From Anolis carolinensis (taxonomy: Eukaryota): a stretch of 64,000 nucleotides of DNA. Position numbers and translations under genes: made by a program. The first letter of the stretch is position 1; every line of letters begins with the position of its first letter. The stretch lies in assembly GCF_035594765.1 (NCBI RefSeq), contig NW_026943819.1, positions 14,744,703-14,808,702 of the forward strand, read 5' to 3'. Below are positions 11,158 through 24,697 of this stretch, piece by piece. The notes beneath the pieces are model-generated. The model was not told the DNA's origin and did not search any database. It saw only the letters and a program-made list of their open reading frames with translations.

Positions 11158-14100
11158 CTACATTAATAAAACCCCGCTTTTGTGTCTTTGAAAATAAAAC
11201 AGTGTGTTCTGAGCACCGCCTCGGCGACTCAGCCCCATCGGCTTATTTGCCTGGGAAGAAGTGCTGAGGAACCAACCCGGGAATGCCGCAGACTCAAAAG
11301 AGCAAGTTCCGGGGCTCCCATCAGTCTTGCTGTAGAAAGTGAAACTCAACGCTTTCTGATTCTTTTGATAGAGCGTCTTGATGTCAGCTTCCTAAGAAAA
11401 CAGAAATGTTCCATATGTGGTACTTAACACCAAATAAATTAGCCAAATTCAGCAAAGGGAATACCAGTAGCAATTGCTGGAAATGTGGGAAACATACCGG
11501 CACTTTCCTCCAAATGTGGTGGGAGTGTAAAAAGATAAAAAAATATATTGGTAGGAAATTCATTTTAAAAATGACAATAATTCTTCAAAAGAAGTTTGAA
11601 TTTCAGCCAGGATGTTTTTTACTGGGAATCACTGACCCACAAATTGATAAGAATACTGATAGATTAATATATTTTTTTTACCACGGCGGCAAGAATCACA
11701 CTGGTACAACTATGGAAATCGGAGGAAGTGCCTAGTTTGGAGAAATGGATCAACAAAGTGATGGACGTGATGAATATGGACTTAATGACTCAAAGGCTGG
11801 CGCAGGATGGAACCCCCCAAATAGTATGGACTGGACACCCATGAAAGAGTATTTATTAAAAGAAAAAATAAATATACACATAAAGTTCGACTAAGGAAGA
11901 CCTGGGACTTTAATAATTTAAAAAAATGAATAAAGGGAAAAAATAAAGAGGACCACATCTAGACCTCTGGAAGCTACAGAGATAATACAGCAACTGTGAA
12001 TCTATGCCAAATTGTTTTTTTCTTTTCTTTTCCTTTTCTTTTTTTATTGTCTTAACTTGTGTTATGGTAAGTGTTTTCTTTCTCTCGCAACATACTGGTT
12101 TCTGGTTGGGGGTTAGTTACTATATTTTTTTTATTACATTATGGAAAAGATTATTGGACCTTGTTTGTAATACGATATGTACAAGTTGCTTATAAATTGC
12201 ATAATAAAAAATAATTGCAAAAAAAAAGAAATATTAGGTTAGAAGAGAAATAGCATGTGATATTAGAGATGTTTCAAAATGCTGTTTTATCTATTTCAAA
12301 ACTTTTAGGATACTTTAAGAGTTTTCAAAAGAGAATTACAATGTGTTTTTGAATTGTTTTTTTATGTCTGCATTGTTTTAATTTGTTGTATTTGCTCATT
12401 GCCTTGGGAAAGTTTTCAAACTGCTAGGTTGGAAGCTGGGGCTAACAGCGGGAGCTCACTCCGCTCCTCGGATTTGAGCCACCAACCTTTCAGTCAGAAA
12501 GTTCAGCACCTCTGCAGTTTAACCCGCTGTGCCACATTACAGCTTAAAAATATCCAAAAAAATCAATAAAAGTATAAATACAAAAAAATTAAACAATGTC
12601 TATATTTTAAAATAGCCTGCCTGCCTTTGAGGGATGTCTGCATGGATAAATCAGTTCATGGATACCAATTCCATGTACTGTATTGTTGGTTTTTAAAAAA
12701 TATGCCCAGTTCTAATTGTGATGGAGAAAGGAAAGGCGTAAAGAGACATTTCTTAGAGAACCGGGAAAAAATTTTCAGCATAAACAAACCTCACCGTCAG
12801 CTGTAGTTGAGGTTGACCCGCACCAGACTTCATGCAGGACAGGCTGTATTTTCTCCCATTGGGAGCCATGAAGATGGGCTGCATTTGGGGATCAAGGGCA
12901 GTGTTAGGGAACACTTCCATGAACAGCTCTGGGGGAGAAACCACAGCAATGATCGAAGACATAAGTCGCTGCTTATGAAAACTGGGGCAGTTTTCATAAA
13001 CCGCGACTAAGGGAATGTTAGTAAATGAAAAAACTCCTAGGAAAACACATCTGAGTTTTATATTCAAACCAACTCCACTATTCTACGAGGTCCTTGCACT
13101 TCCATTACCCACCCTATGAGTTTATCAGTGTGTCTTATTGGTCATTTTTTGCAAGGAATTCGCCTTTTTCATGAATTGACACTGTGAGGTTATGTGCCTT
13201 CAGGAATTCTCAGGGTTTTCTTAGGCAAGGAATACTCGAAGGTGGCTTTGCCAGTTTCTCCCTCTGAAACATAGCCAACCACACCTGTTATTTGTTTCTG
13301 GCCTGTCACTCATGTACTGCTCTGTCATAACCAAACCGTGTATTGTGATGCAAGTGAGAGACGAAGCACAGAAGAAGTGTTGGATGGCAAATCTCTACTG
13401 CAGCTCCTGATGAACAAGGAGAAGAACCCAGGATGACACTGAGCTGGATCTACGCTGACATATAATCCGGTTGAAAGCAAATCTGGATTCAGAAACTGGA
13501 TTACATGGCAGCGTAGACAGCGCCTGAAGCTCACCGATAAGACAGTCAAGACACCTAATCCACAAGAAGGGGATTCAGAGACACTCAGGCCCCATCTACA
13601 GTATATAAAATTGAGATTATCTGCTTTGAACTGGATTATATGTCAATATACACTCATATAATCCAATTCAAAGCAGATAGTCTCAATTTTATATGGCACT
13701 GTAGGTGGAGCCTCAGGCAGACCTCATAAAGAAAGCCACTATGAGCCTTTCCACACTGCACCTACCCCGTTTCCCCAAAAATATGACCTAACCCAAAAAT
13801 AAGATTTTTCAGCATTTCTGGGGATGCTCGAAATATAAGACCTATTTCAAAAATAAGCCCTAGACATTTAAAAAGTCAATTTGGGAAAATTCGACTACCC
13901 CTAAAAAAACCAAGCTCTAAAGAAGTGGTTCTCAGCTTGAGGTCCCAAGATGTTTTTGGCCTTTACTCCCAGAAATCCCAACAGCTGGTAAACTGGCTGG
14001 AATTTCTGGGAGTTTTAGGGTTTTACCCCAGGGATCCCAGGTTGAGAATCACTGCTCTAAAGCATCTTTGGGAGCATATATTCCAGTTTAAAACAGATAA

Positions 14101-15894
14101 TCTGGAATAAGATTCTGGGGTATAGGGCAGTGTGGAAGGGCCCCCAGGTGTCTTTTTTGTAGGAATGGTAGAAGTACCTGAGCTGTCGGCATGGGCTGAA
14201 TGAGACAAGATACCAGCTAACAAAAAAGACAAATGGAGAAAAGCAGTAGATTGAGTATTTGCACAAAATGAAAACATGATGCATAAAGTAAAAATCAGAG
14301 ATACAGATGAAATGAGTTGTCTTCTCGTAAGTCTTCATGACATAAAAAAGAGTCTTTATGTCCAAAAGTTTCCTCCAAACTCTTGTGAGTGCCCTTTGGC
14401 AGCTAATTTCACTTTGTATCTCTAGATTTTTCCTTGTGCGTCATGTTTGAATTAGGAGCTGCCGCTGGCTTAGTGGATTAAAGCCTTGTGACTTGAAGGT
14501 TGGGTTGCCAACCTGAAGGCTGCCAGTTTCGAATCCCACCCGGGGAGAGCGCGGATGAGCTCCCTCTATCAGCTCCAGCTCCATGCGGGGACATGAGAGA
14601 AGCCTCCCAGAAGGATGGTAAAAACATCAAAAACATCCGGGCATCCCCTGGGCAACATCCTTGCAGACAGCCAATTCTCTCACACCAGAAGCGACTTGCA
14701 GTTTCTCAAGTTGCTCCTGACATGAAAAAAAAAAGTTTGAATTTTAAAAACTCACTTATGTCTGACAATATTCTTTCCTTGTGGACATACTGTACTTTTT
14801 GGCCTTGTGTAGAAAATCAATTTCCTCTGCTGCTTTGTTTCTATTTAAAACTACGTAACACAACTTTGTGTAATACAGAGGCCTATTGTATTGTTGTGTA
14901 CTTTCTTAGCTTAACTTCTTGTTCCACAGTAAAGAGTAAGAGGTCTATGGACTAAACAAACTTAACACAATGAAGTAAGAGGGTAGCAAAGAAGGGCAAA
15001 CCGAACCAAAGAGCTGCAAGGATTACCTGGTGCATTGGAATTTCGAGGGTTTGCTATTATAATGTTGTTCACCAGGAAAAGGAACTTCTGGCTAATATCC
15101 CAAATACTGTACAAACGAGGTTCCTTTTCTACTTGGATAACATTTGTTCCATTTCCAATAGGCACTAGAGAAGGAAACATGTAAATATTTAATTATGTCA
15201 CAGTGCATTTTAGGTATTTTAGCTGAATAATTTGTTTTACACACACATATTGCAGATCACATGCAGGACCCACTGTTTTGTTGTTTTATTTTATAAAGTA
15301 TATTTTAAAAGAGCAACATCACAAATTGCTTTTTAAACAACACTATAGGGAAGAACATGGCTTTTTTTTTCTAAAACTGTAATAAGAAATAAGTATGGAT
15401 GATTTCCTATATTGACTTTCTTGTCTCTATTGAATTGTACTGTTGTCTAATCCTCTTAATCCCAATGAGTTTGACTTAATGGGAATCCAAGTTCTCCTGC
15501 TCAACTGTCCTGTGGAACAGGTTTTCCCAGTAATATCAGTGGAAAGTTAACACTACTGCTATTGAGGAGTGGCTTCAGGCAAAATGAGATTGAAAAGGAG
15601 GAAAATCACACTGACCAACAAAACTTGGGGTCAGGATAGTAGTAGGTGATGATACAACCACAAAGAACTGTGGTGTACCATCCATTTGTATATCAGATTA
15701 TGATAGGTATCAATATCTTAAATGTTGCACTACACTGTAAGCGTGTATACTCAGGGCCTGCCATCAGGACAAGTTTTACAAAGATTCAAGTTTTTCTTAG
15801 TGTTTGGGATGTTGCCATGTGTAGCCACACATGGTATAGTTTTATTTGGATGCTGGTTGAAGCTTTCCTGACAAACTAATACGTAGTAATAAGA

Positions 15895-15933
<39 letters not shown>

Positions 15934-16207
15934 TTTCCCTTGACATTAAGTCTAGTCGTGTCCGACTCTGGGGGTTGGTGCTCCTCTCCATTTCTAAGCC
16001 AAAGAGCTGGCATTGTCCATAGACACCTCCAAGGTCATGTGGCCGGCATGACTGCATAGAGCGCCATGACCTTCCTGCTGAAGCAGTACCTATAGATCTA
16101 CTCACATTTGCATGTTTTTGAACTGCTGGGTTGGCAGAAGCTGGGGCTAACAGCAGGAGCTCACCCCACTCCCCGGATTTGAATGGCCAACCTTTCAGTC
16201 AGCAAGT

Positions 16208-16238
<31 letters not shown>

Positions 16239-18129
16239 TTAGACTTGTATACTGCTACTCCCAGTTTGGCTCAGAGCGGTTTACAGAAATAGATTAAAAC
16301 AATACAATTACCTTTAAAATAACAATAAAAACAACAATAAAAACAAACATAGCCCCGAGTTTTTCACCCATTGAAAGCCTGTCGGAAGAGAAAGGTTTTG
16401 CAGGCTTTCCGAAAGGCAAGTAGGTCTCGGATAATTCGAGTTCCATAATAATAATAACAACAACAACAACAACATTTGTTTGTAACCTGCCCTATCTCCT
16501 CAGGGGAACTCAGGACAAAGTTCTCTCCATCTCAGCCATGTCATCCCACAAGACATTCAATATCAAGCAGTTCCTTGCTAAGAAACAGTGGATCTGGATT
16601 AAAGCCCACAATCAGATCAGGTACAACACCAAAAGGAGACACTGGAAGAGGATTAAACTGAGCCTGTGAGCTTAGGGCCCATCCAGACAGGCCCATATCC
16701 TGGGACCTGTCTGAGTTTTTACTGGAGGCATCCCAACGACGCCTCTAGTAAAAATGAATTAATTTGGAACAATGTGTTTTATGCAATGTGTTGATTTATT
16801 ATTTATACGTCAGGTTGTGGGATGATGTTTTTCTGTATTATGTAGTTGTTGTTGTTTTTCTATTTTGTTGGCCACTTTGAGTCCCATTTGTGGGAGAAAG
16901 ACAGGATAAAAGTAAATTACAGTAGAGTCTCGTTTATCCAACATAAACGGGCCGGTAGAATGTTGGATAAGCAAATATGATGGATAATAAGGAGAGATTA
17001 AGGAAAAGCATATTAAACATCGAATTAGGTTATGATTTTACAAATTAAGCACCAAAACATCATGTTATACAACAAATTTGACAGAAAAGGTAGTTCAATA
17101 CACAGTAATGCTATGTAATAATTACTGTATTTACGAATTTAGCACCAAAATATCACGATGTTTTGAAAACATTGACTACAAAAATGCGTTGGATAATCCA
17201 GAATGTTGGATAAGTGAGTGTTGGATAAGTGAAACTCTACTGTAATAATAATAATAAAGCCAGGGTTTCCTTATTTTTTAGAGTTTTCCTGGTTTGTTCT
17301 GAATATACTAAAGCTTTTGGGGGTGTGGGGATGGACATCTGCGCCAAAGCGCAGATTTTTTCGAATACCCATTTATTTGTCTGTTTAGTAGTAGTACACA
17401 GCATTCATTGCGGTTATATAAAATAGGTATTTCAGCACGTGTTACTTGTTGCACAGTCAAGTACAGTAGAGTCTCATCCAACATAAACGGGCCGGCAGAA
17501 TGTTGGATAAACGAATATGTTGGATAATAAGGAGGCATTAAGGAAATGCCTATTAAACATCAAATTAGGTTATGATTTTACAAATTAAGCACCAAAACAT
17601 TATGTTATACAACAAATTTGACAGAAAAAGTAGTTCAATACTCAGTAATGCCATGTAGTAATTACTGTATTTACGAATTTAGCACCAAAATATCATGATG
17701 TTTTGAAAACATTGACTACAAAAATGTGTTAGATAATCCAGAACGTTGGATAAGTGAGTGTTGGATAAGTGAGACTCTACTTGCTGAAATTTCCCCATTT
17801 TCTCAATAATTGGACATACAATGTCACTTTTCACTCTGACAACCCTAAATTCCACCCGTCTATTGTTAACATTGAGGGTTATTTCGATGGCAAAAAAGCA
17901 GAGCGATATCACCTGGCTTTAACGGCTTTTTTTCATCTGGCTTTAATCTCTTGTTTTCACTTGTCCTGAACTTCTTGTTGATGAATAAATCTGCTATTTC
18001 CTCATTCCAAGTCTTCTGGAAGAACTTCTTGTCCTTCTCAAGTGTCACCTGGCTGAGTTTTGGCTTCTCAGTTTCCACCGGGCACTGTTCATTTCGCAGG
18101 GGCTCCATCTCTGCTGCCTCTCCCTCCAT
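11158..18129 (-). CDS. IL-1 family cytokine paralog C (IL-36Ra/IL-38/IL-1Ra-like), ~224 aa
   Basis: Exons 18129-17961 (acceptor boundary 18139), 15164-15027, 12928-12795, 11391-11158; 675 nt in frame. Protein: [224 protein letters not shown]. Confidence 0.9.
11408..12226 (+). mobile_element. 5'-truncated L1-clade LINE
   Basis: ORF2 C-terminal zinc-binding region (WYLTPNKL...[18 protein letters not shown]), AATAAA plus A-tail at ~12203-12227, TSD AGAAAT (11402-11407, 12227-12232). Confidence 0.85.
14456..14734 (+). mobile_element. tRNA-related SINE with Vingi-like 3' end
   Basis: TTCGAATCC B-box; ends CTCCTGACAYG(A)n. Copies at 42079-42339 (+), 51860-52146 (-) and 55927-56180 (+). Confidence 0.75.
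16920..17242. mobile_element. Tc1/mariner-type MITE (CAGTAGAGTCTCACTTATCCAA family)
   Basis: TIRs flanked by TA. Further copies at ~17464-17780, 23950-24259, 26578-26901, 34126-34449, 39360-39670, 43288-43612, 61845-62186 and 62723-63042. Confidence 0.85.
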
Positions 18130-18237
18130 CACCAGATTTCTGTAGGAGGAGCCATAGAAACAGAATTGTCAAACAAAAGCAACAGTATTTTTTAAAAACT
18201 CTAAAATCAGAAATAAAGAGCAACATTAAAAAAAAAC

Positions 18238-18562
18238 CCAGGGGAATTCCAGACAGGAAACAATCAGTCAGTTAACACCTCCTAACAAAGGATTCCCCCA
18301 AGCAGGAAGCAGCCAGACTTTGAAGCTGCAAGGCCATTCAATGCTAATCAAGGTGATCAATTGCAACGCTCACATTTGCCTCAAGCAGACAAGAATTCTT
18401 TCTCCCACCCTGGACATTATTCCACAGATATATAAACCCCACTTGCCTAGTTTCCAACAGACCTCACAACAGCTGAGGATGCCTGCCATAGATGTGGGTG
18501 AAACATCAGGAGAGAATGCTTCTGGAACATGGCCATACAGCCCGGAAAACTCACAGCAACCC
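18238..18562 (+). mobile_element. Penelope-like element terminal (pLTR) fragment
   Basis: Contains a degenerate hammerhead core CTGAGGA...GAAACATC (~18473-18510). Same family as copies at ~20581-20690, 37141-37238 and 38667-38894. Confidence 0.7.
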
Positions 18563-19880
18563 AAAAGCAACAGAACTCAGAAAGTACCCTGTTTTCCCCA
18601 AAATAAGACCTTCCCTGAAAAATAAGACCAATCATGATTTTTCAGCATTTCTGAGCATGCCCAAAATAAAAACCTTGTTTCAAAAATAAGCCCTAGATAT
18701 AATTCATTTTAAAAGTCAATTTGGAAAAATAATACTGCCCTTGCAAAAATTAAGATAAGATCCTGACTTATTTTGAGGAAAACAGGGTACTTACAGCATT
18801 TTAAACAAAGATGGTAATGGAACTGATCTACTTTTTTAAAAAACTAGCAGCTGCTTTGCCATGGTGTGGGTTTTTTATGAATTCACATTCAGATAATTCA
18901 CCTTCTAATACAAATGTATCTCCCCATGGGATGGGTCTCCAAATCTCCTGTTGGTTTATGGCAACCCTGTGCATTTAATTGGATTTTCTTAGGCAAGAAA
19001 TCTTCAAATGTGGTTTTGCCCCCTTCCTCTGAATTGTAAACTAAAAACTACCTCAAAAAGGAAAAAAATCATAAAACTTAGAGCTGAAATAAATATAACT
19101 GCAGTCTAGATTTTTTTTAAAAAAATCATAGGCATGGAAGGTATATTTTCTTCTTGGAATATTGGAAGAAGAGAAGGTAACTTTCCTAGCCTTGTTCCAA
19201 AAGAATCATAACAAACAATGGGAAAATCAATTAGAGGAAAAGTTTAACCTAGGCATGGGCAAACTTCAGCCCTCCAGGTGTTTTGGATTTCAATTCCCAC
19301 AATTCCTAACAGCTGGTAGGCTGTTAGGAATTGTGGGAGTTGAAGTCCAAAACACCTGGAGGGCCAAGGCCTGGCCAAAGGAATTAAAATCCATAGTAGC
19401 ACCTTGCAAGCAAACAGAAAGTACCTGCAATGTTTTGTGGACAAGTAGACAGAGTGCCTGGAACTGAAGATTCTCTTCTCTACTTTACTCTGGGATGTCC
19501 ACCTCATTTTGTAGTTACTCTGCAATGCTGGGGGGTGTGGTTTGCATGTTTATTTTGTATCCCGACCAAGCTTTGTCTCAGGTTGCAGTTTTTTGGAGTC
19601 CTAACTGATTTTACTGTATATACTCGAGTATAAGCATAGTTCTTCAGCCCTTTTTTTAAGACTGAAAAAGCCCCCCTCAGCTTATACTCAGGTGAGGGTC
19701 CTGGTTGGCTTATATTTGGGTCAGCTTATACTCAAGAATATATGGTACATTTATTATTTTTCTCTATTGTTATTGGTATTATTACATTTATTATTTTTCT
19801 CTATTATTGTTGCTACTCTTACATTTATTTTACTCTATTTTTATTATTATTATTAATACATTTGTTGGGTTGTTGTATGT

Positions 19881-20580
19881 CAGGGGTCCCCAAACTAAGG
19901 CCCGGGGGCCGGATGCGGCCCTCCAAGGTCATTTACCTGGCCCCCACCCTCATTTATAATATAATATTTTATATCAGTTTTAATAATATAATATATTGTA
20001 TATACCTATGATATTGATAATAATATTATCATTTTATACAATACTAATAATAATACCATATAATAATATTAATTATATGTTATATATTACATATAATATT
20101 ACAGTATAGTGGTATAGTTCAATATAGTAATATATAGTGCTAATATTGTGCTATGCTAATAATATAATATATTGTATGTACATACAGCTGCTCTGAGTTC
20201 CCTTCGGGGTGAGAAGGGTGGGATATAAATGTAGTAAATAAATGTAGTAAATGAATAAATAAATAATTTTGGACTTAGGCTCACTCAAAGTCTGACATGA
20301 CTTGAAGACACACAACAACAACAACAATCCTAATTAACCTGACTATCTAATTGGCCAGAAGCAGGTTTATGATAGGTTTATGTTGGTTAAAATTATTTTC
20401 ATTTTTAAATATTGTATTGGTCTTTCATTGTTATTGTTGTTGTTTTGCACTACAAATAAGATATGTGCACTGTGCATAGGAATTTGTTCGTTTTTTTTTT
20501 TTCCAAATGATAATTCGGGCCCCTCAACAGTCTGAAGGATTGTGGACCGGCCCTCTGCTTTAAAAGTTTGAGGACCCCTG
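19881..20580. mobile_element. hAT MITE
   Basis: TIR CAGGGGTCCYCAAACT; perfect 8-bp TSD TTGTATGT (19873-19880, 20581-20588). Related copy at ~52219-52622. Confidence 0.85.
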
Positions 20581-20626
20581 TTGTATGTCTTTCGAGCTGT
20601 GTGGCCATGTTCCAGAAGTATTCTCT

Positions 20627-20667
20627 CCTGACGTTTCGCCCACATCTATGGCAGGCATCCTCAGAGG
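20627..20667 (-). ncRNA. Minimal type I hammerhead ribozyme (Penelope-associated), intact core
   Basis: Minus strand reads CCU-CUGAGGA-U-GCCUGC-CAUAGAU-GUGGGC-GAAAC-GUC-AGG: CUGANGA and GAAA boxes, 6-bp stem II, CCU/AGG stem I, GUC cleavage triplet. Confidence 0.7.
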
Positions 20668-21072
20668 TTGTGAGGTATGGATAAACTAGGTAAGGAAGTT
20701 GAATCAATGTTGAATCAGCAATTTACCGGCTCCAGTTGTTTTAGTACAGAGATCCTGGCGTTGTTTTAGTACAGAGATCCTGGAGGTTCTTCTGCTCCTC
20801 TTCTTGGCTCTTGAAATCAAACCAATTGGAATAGTTGAAACCAGTCTTCAGGGCACACTGAAAGCCTTTATTCAACCACATGGTCTTGTGCGCCTTCATT
20901 ATGTTGTTATTGAAGGAACGGTGCTCCAAGCAGCTCTGGCTTAGATATATCCACCTATGAGGAATAAGAAGCTCTCTTTCCCCTGCAGTGCCAGGGAAGC
21001 CGAAAGACATACAACAACCCTGTGATCCCGGCAATGAAAGCCTTCGACAATTTGTTATTTCATTCTGATCTT

Positions 21073-21256
21073 NNNNNNNNNNNNNNNNNNNNNNNNNNNN
21101 NNNNNNNNNNNNNNNNNNNNNNNNNNNNNNNNNNNNNNNNNNNNNNNNNNNNNNNNNNNNNNNNNNNNNNNNNNNNNNNNNNNNNNNNNNNNNNNNNNNN
21201 NNNNNNNNNNNNNNNNNNNNNNNNNNNNNNNNNNNNNNNNNNNNNNNNNNNNNNNN
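21073..21256. other. Assembly gap
   Basis: Run of N. Confidence 1.
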
Positions 21257-22147
21257 CTATTATTATTAAAAGGATACATAAGCACATTTACATTGAAGAA
21301 GATGAGAATAATGATTTGATCAGAGTTGGGCAGTCTTATCTTAAATTTGAGCTTGATGTAAATATTCAAAAACATTAACCTACTGATGCCTCAATTAATG
21401 TAATTTTATTGGTATCTCTTTTTATTTCTGAAATTTATCATCCTCGGCTTATACTGGAGTCAATGTTTTCCCAGTTTTTTTTGTGGTAAAATTAGGTGCC
21501 TCGGCTTATATTCGGGTCGGCTTATACTCGAGTATATACAGTATATTTGTCTTCCACCATCCAACAGGTACTGCTTTGCTGGACTTCCTTTCCTTGAGCA
21601 AATTTGTCTTCTGCTATTGGGGGGGGGGGGGGCTTTTTTCAGCTAGAAGCTGAGATACGTGATAACAAACTGAATATTACTGTTGAAGCAGTGCCAGGGC
21701 TAAGTGCAAGGATTCCACCCCTGAGCATTCTCATTGTTTTCCTTTATTTCTAACTGCATTTCATCCCTCCTTACACTCATATCTCATTGCTTCCTCAACT
21801 ATATTACTCCTTTCACTACTCCAATCCACTCAGGAGTTTGCCCCGGAACAGCAGTGGGTTAAACCATTGTGCCGGCAGACTGCTGACTTGAAGGTTGGGT
21901 TGCTGACCTGAAGGTATTGGAGTGACTCCAGTCCTGTTTCTTAGTCTTTACAATGACTGTGATATCATTTTTTTTGGTAACTATTAGTTAAATGCTTCTG
22001 TGGTTAAATTATCGACATTTGCACTTCTGAAAACGTTGCCACACTTTCACTTTGTGGCTATGCTTTGATTGCATAAGATTCCAAGGATGTTAACCATCTC
22101 ATTGCTTCCTCAACTTTATTGCTGCTTTCACTACTCCAACCATAACA

Positions 22148-22920
22148 CCCACTCATCATCATAGGCTATCACTCGTGGCCGAGTCTGATTACTTTCCAAG
22201 TGCAGGGTCTTGGCAGTGTGTCCGTAGGTGACTGTAGAGACCTGTTCTTGATTTGCATGTTCTTTTGCAATGAGAGCATCAATTTCCAGATGGAAGGCGG
22301 TCCCAACAAGAGTTGGCTTGATGTGCCTTCCTCTTGACATATTTCTCCCTTTCACCCTCCATATGTGTCTCTTCAAATCCCTTACTTTACTTATTACTCA
22401 CTTAGGTGATCCCTCGTAGCCCGAGGATGATGGCCCTCCAAGTGTACTGTACTTGGTTGTGGACTGTAGGTGACTGTAGAATCCTATTCTTGGCCCGTAT
22501 GTTCTTCCGCAGTGAGGGCATCTCTTTACAGGTGGAAGGTGGTCCCGGTCAGGGTTGGCTTGACGCAGCTTCCTCTTAGCACGTTTCTCTCCTAAGCCCT
22601 CCATTTGTGCCTCTTTAAATTCTACAGCACTGCTGGTCACAGCTGACCTCCAGTTACAGCGCTCAAGGGTCAGAGCTTCCCAGTTCTTGGTGTCTATGCC
22701 ACAGTTTTGAAGGTTCTTGAGTTGAGAGTAGAGTAACTGGTTTAGAGACAGTGATCAAGCATTTGGACAATGTGGCCAGTTCAGCAAAGTTGATGGTGGA
22801 GGATCATTGCTTCAGTGCTGGTGGTCTTTGCTTCTTCCAGAATGCTGACGTTTGTCTGCTCAAGAAATTTGCAGGGGTTTTTTGGAGGCAGTGCTAATGG
22901 AATCATTCCAGAAGTCTAAA
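22148..22920 (-). mobile_element. Two RTE-clade LINE 3' fragments
   Basis: ORF 22398-22640 ends ...KRAKRKLRQANPDRDHLPPVKRCPHCGRTYGPRIGFYSHL (C2H2-like RTE C-terminus). A second, related 3' end lies at 22148-22380. Confidence 0.7.
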
Positions 22921-24697
22921 CATGCACCTCTCCTACACACACATAGCAAGGAAAATGAAATAGCACTAGACTTCTAATGTCCAGCCTTGTTCCACTCTTT
23001 CTCCCTCTCCCTCTTGATATTTTTTAGCTTCCCATCCATGGAGTCCCACCGGAAGTACCCTTATGCCATGTGACAGCACATAGAAATGGAGCCAGAGGTC
23101 ATTCTGATAAGTCCTAGGTGATACTCTCAGCAAAATGACACCAAAAATTGTGCTGTTTCACCAGAAGTCTATAATTTTTATTTTAAAATCATTTTTTCAC
23201 AACCCCAGATAACTTGTACTGTATCTATATATAATCTATGACACAATCTATATATTATCTATGAGACTAAAACCCTTTTTTGAACCTTCCAATAATGCAT
23301 ATTGGTGTGAATCATTATTAATCCTTTACAGCGATGCTCCAAATCATGTGGTTACCTTTCCTTGTGCTATTTTGTTCAATGCTAATGGTTTTTTTTAATC
23401 ATAGCTGGTTTTGTGAAATTGTCTGGTATTTTGGTTCGATACAGAAGGAGGTTCCATGGGAGTGACACCTCGAGTTATTGTGACACCAACCTGCACGATG
23501 TTTTGCTCAATGAAAGCTGATTGAAATACATTTGGTAAAATGGAAGATATTAGTCATGTGTTACATACTGGAGATAGGGCATTTGCCTGGAAATGTAGAA
23601 CAGCGTGGTGTGGGAAAACACTTGCAAAAAGATTTGCATGGAAAACTTTGCAACAGTAGTGCTAACACAACATATTACTTAGCAGTAGTGTGTTTTTCAA
23701 TAAAGGCAATATAATGAAAATTTATTCATTAAGTATTGTTCTTAGTTTGTTCATTAACAAGTTACATTTTAAGACAGCATGAAAATATACTAGTATGGCC
23801 AGAGATAGATTAAAGTTATATAAAATGTTAATTTGCAATGGTGTTGTTTTCATTATTCAGGTGACTAATTGTAAATTAGTTACTGGACATTTTATGAAAT
23901 TAGTGGAAATTACCTGCTTCCAGATGTATTTAAAAGCATTCATTGATTACAGTAGAGTCCCACTTATCCAACACTCTCTTATCCAACGTTCTGGATTATC
24001 CAGCACATTTTTGTAGTCAATGTTTTCAATACATCGTGATATTTTGGTGCTAAATTCGTAAATACAGTAATTACTACATGGCATTACTGAGTATTGAACT
24101 ACTTTTCTGTCAAATTTGTTGTATAACATAATGTTTTGGTGCTTAATTTGTAAAATCATAACCTAATTTGATGTTTAATAGGCTTTTCCTTAATCTCTCC
24201 TTATTATCCAACATATTCGCTTATCCAACGTTTACGTTGGATAAGCAAGATTCTACTGTATTTTGAACCTGGAAGGTAGGACCTTTCTTTGACAAGAAAC
24301 AATTTGGAAACACAAGTCTGATGAGAAAGCAAGATTTGATAGATAACTTTGCTACTGTTGCAAAGCAAATGGAGAAATCAGGCATTACTGTGTAGCAGAT
24401 AAGAACCACAAACTCTGGTGTGGAAACAACAACCCTTGAATTGACACATAGTGTGTGCAAGAAACAAAGTATAGTATTGGCCTGTCTACATGGGCCACAA
24501 ACCACAAAAAAGAATAAGAAGTCATTCCTGAGCATGTACATGATGCACAGGGGCTTCCCACCCCCAAAGTAGGATGATTGGTTAACATGGTTTTGCCCCG
24601 TTTTTGGCCCCCAGAGCTTCTTTTAAACTTTGCAAGTCCTCAGTATCCAGACATTTCATACCAAACCCTAACAAATGTCAAGCATTTCTCCAGACAC

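Larger units (their letters stand above)
19612..21543. mobile_element. Tc1/mariner-like MITE with nested insertions
   Basis: TIR CTGTATATACTCGAGTATAAGC at both ends, flanked by TA. Contains a hAT MITE, Penelope ends and an assembly gap. Confidence 0.7.

Noticed and set aside
14456-14734. tRNA gene (TTCGAATCC)
   Set aside because: B-box of a multi-copy SINE with an A-tail; no cloverleaf.
19425-19500. Alternative non-coding first exon for gene C (CATTGCAG|GTACTT, faintly like gene A exon 1)
   Set aside because: No TATA or other promoter motif, and the similarity is too short to support a call.
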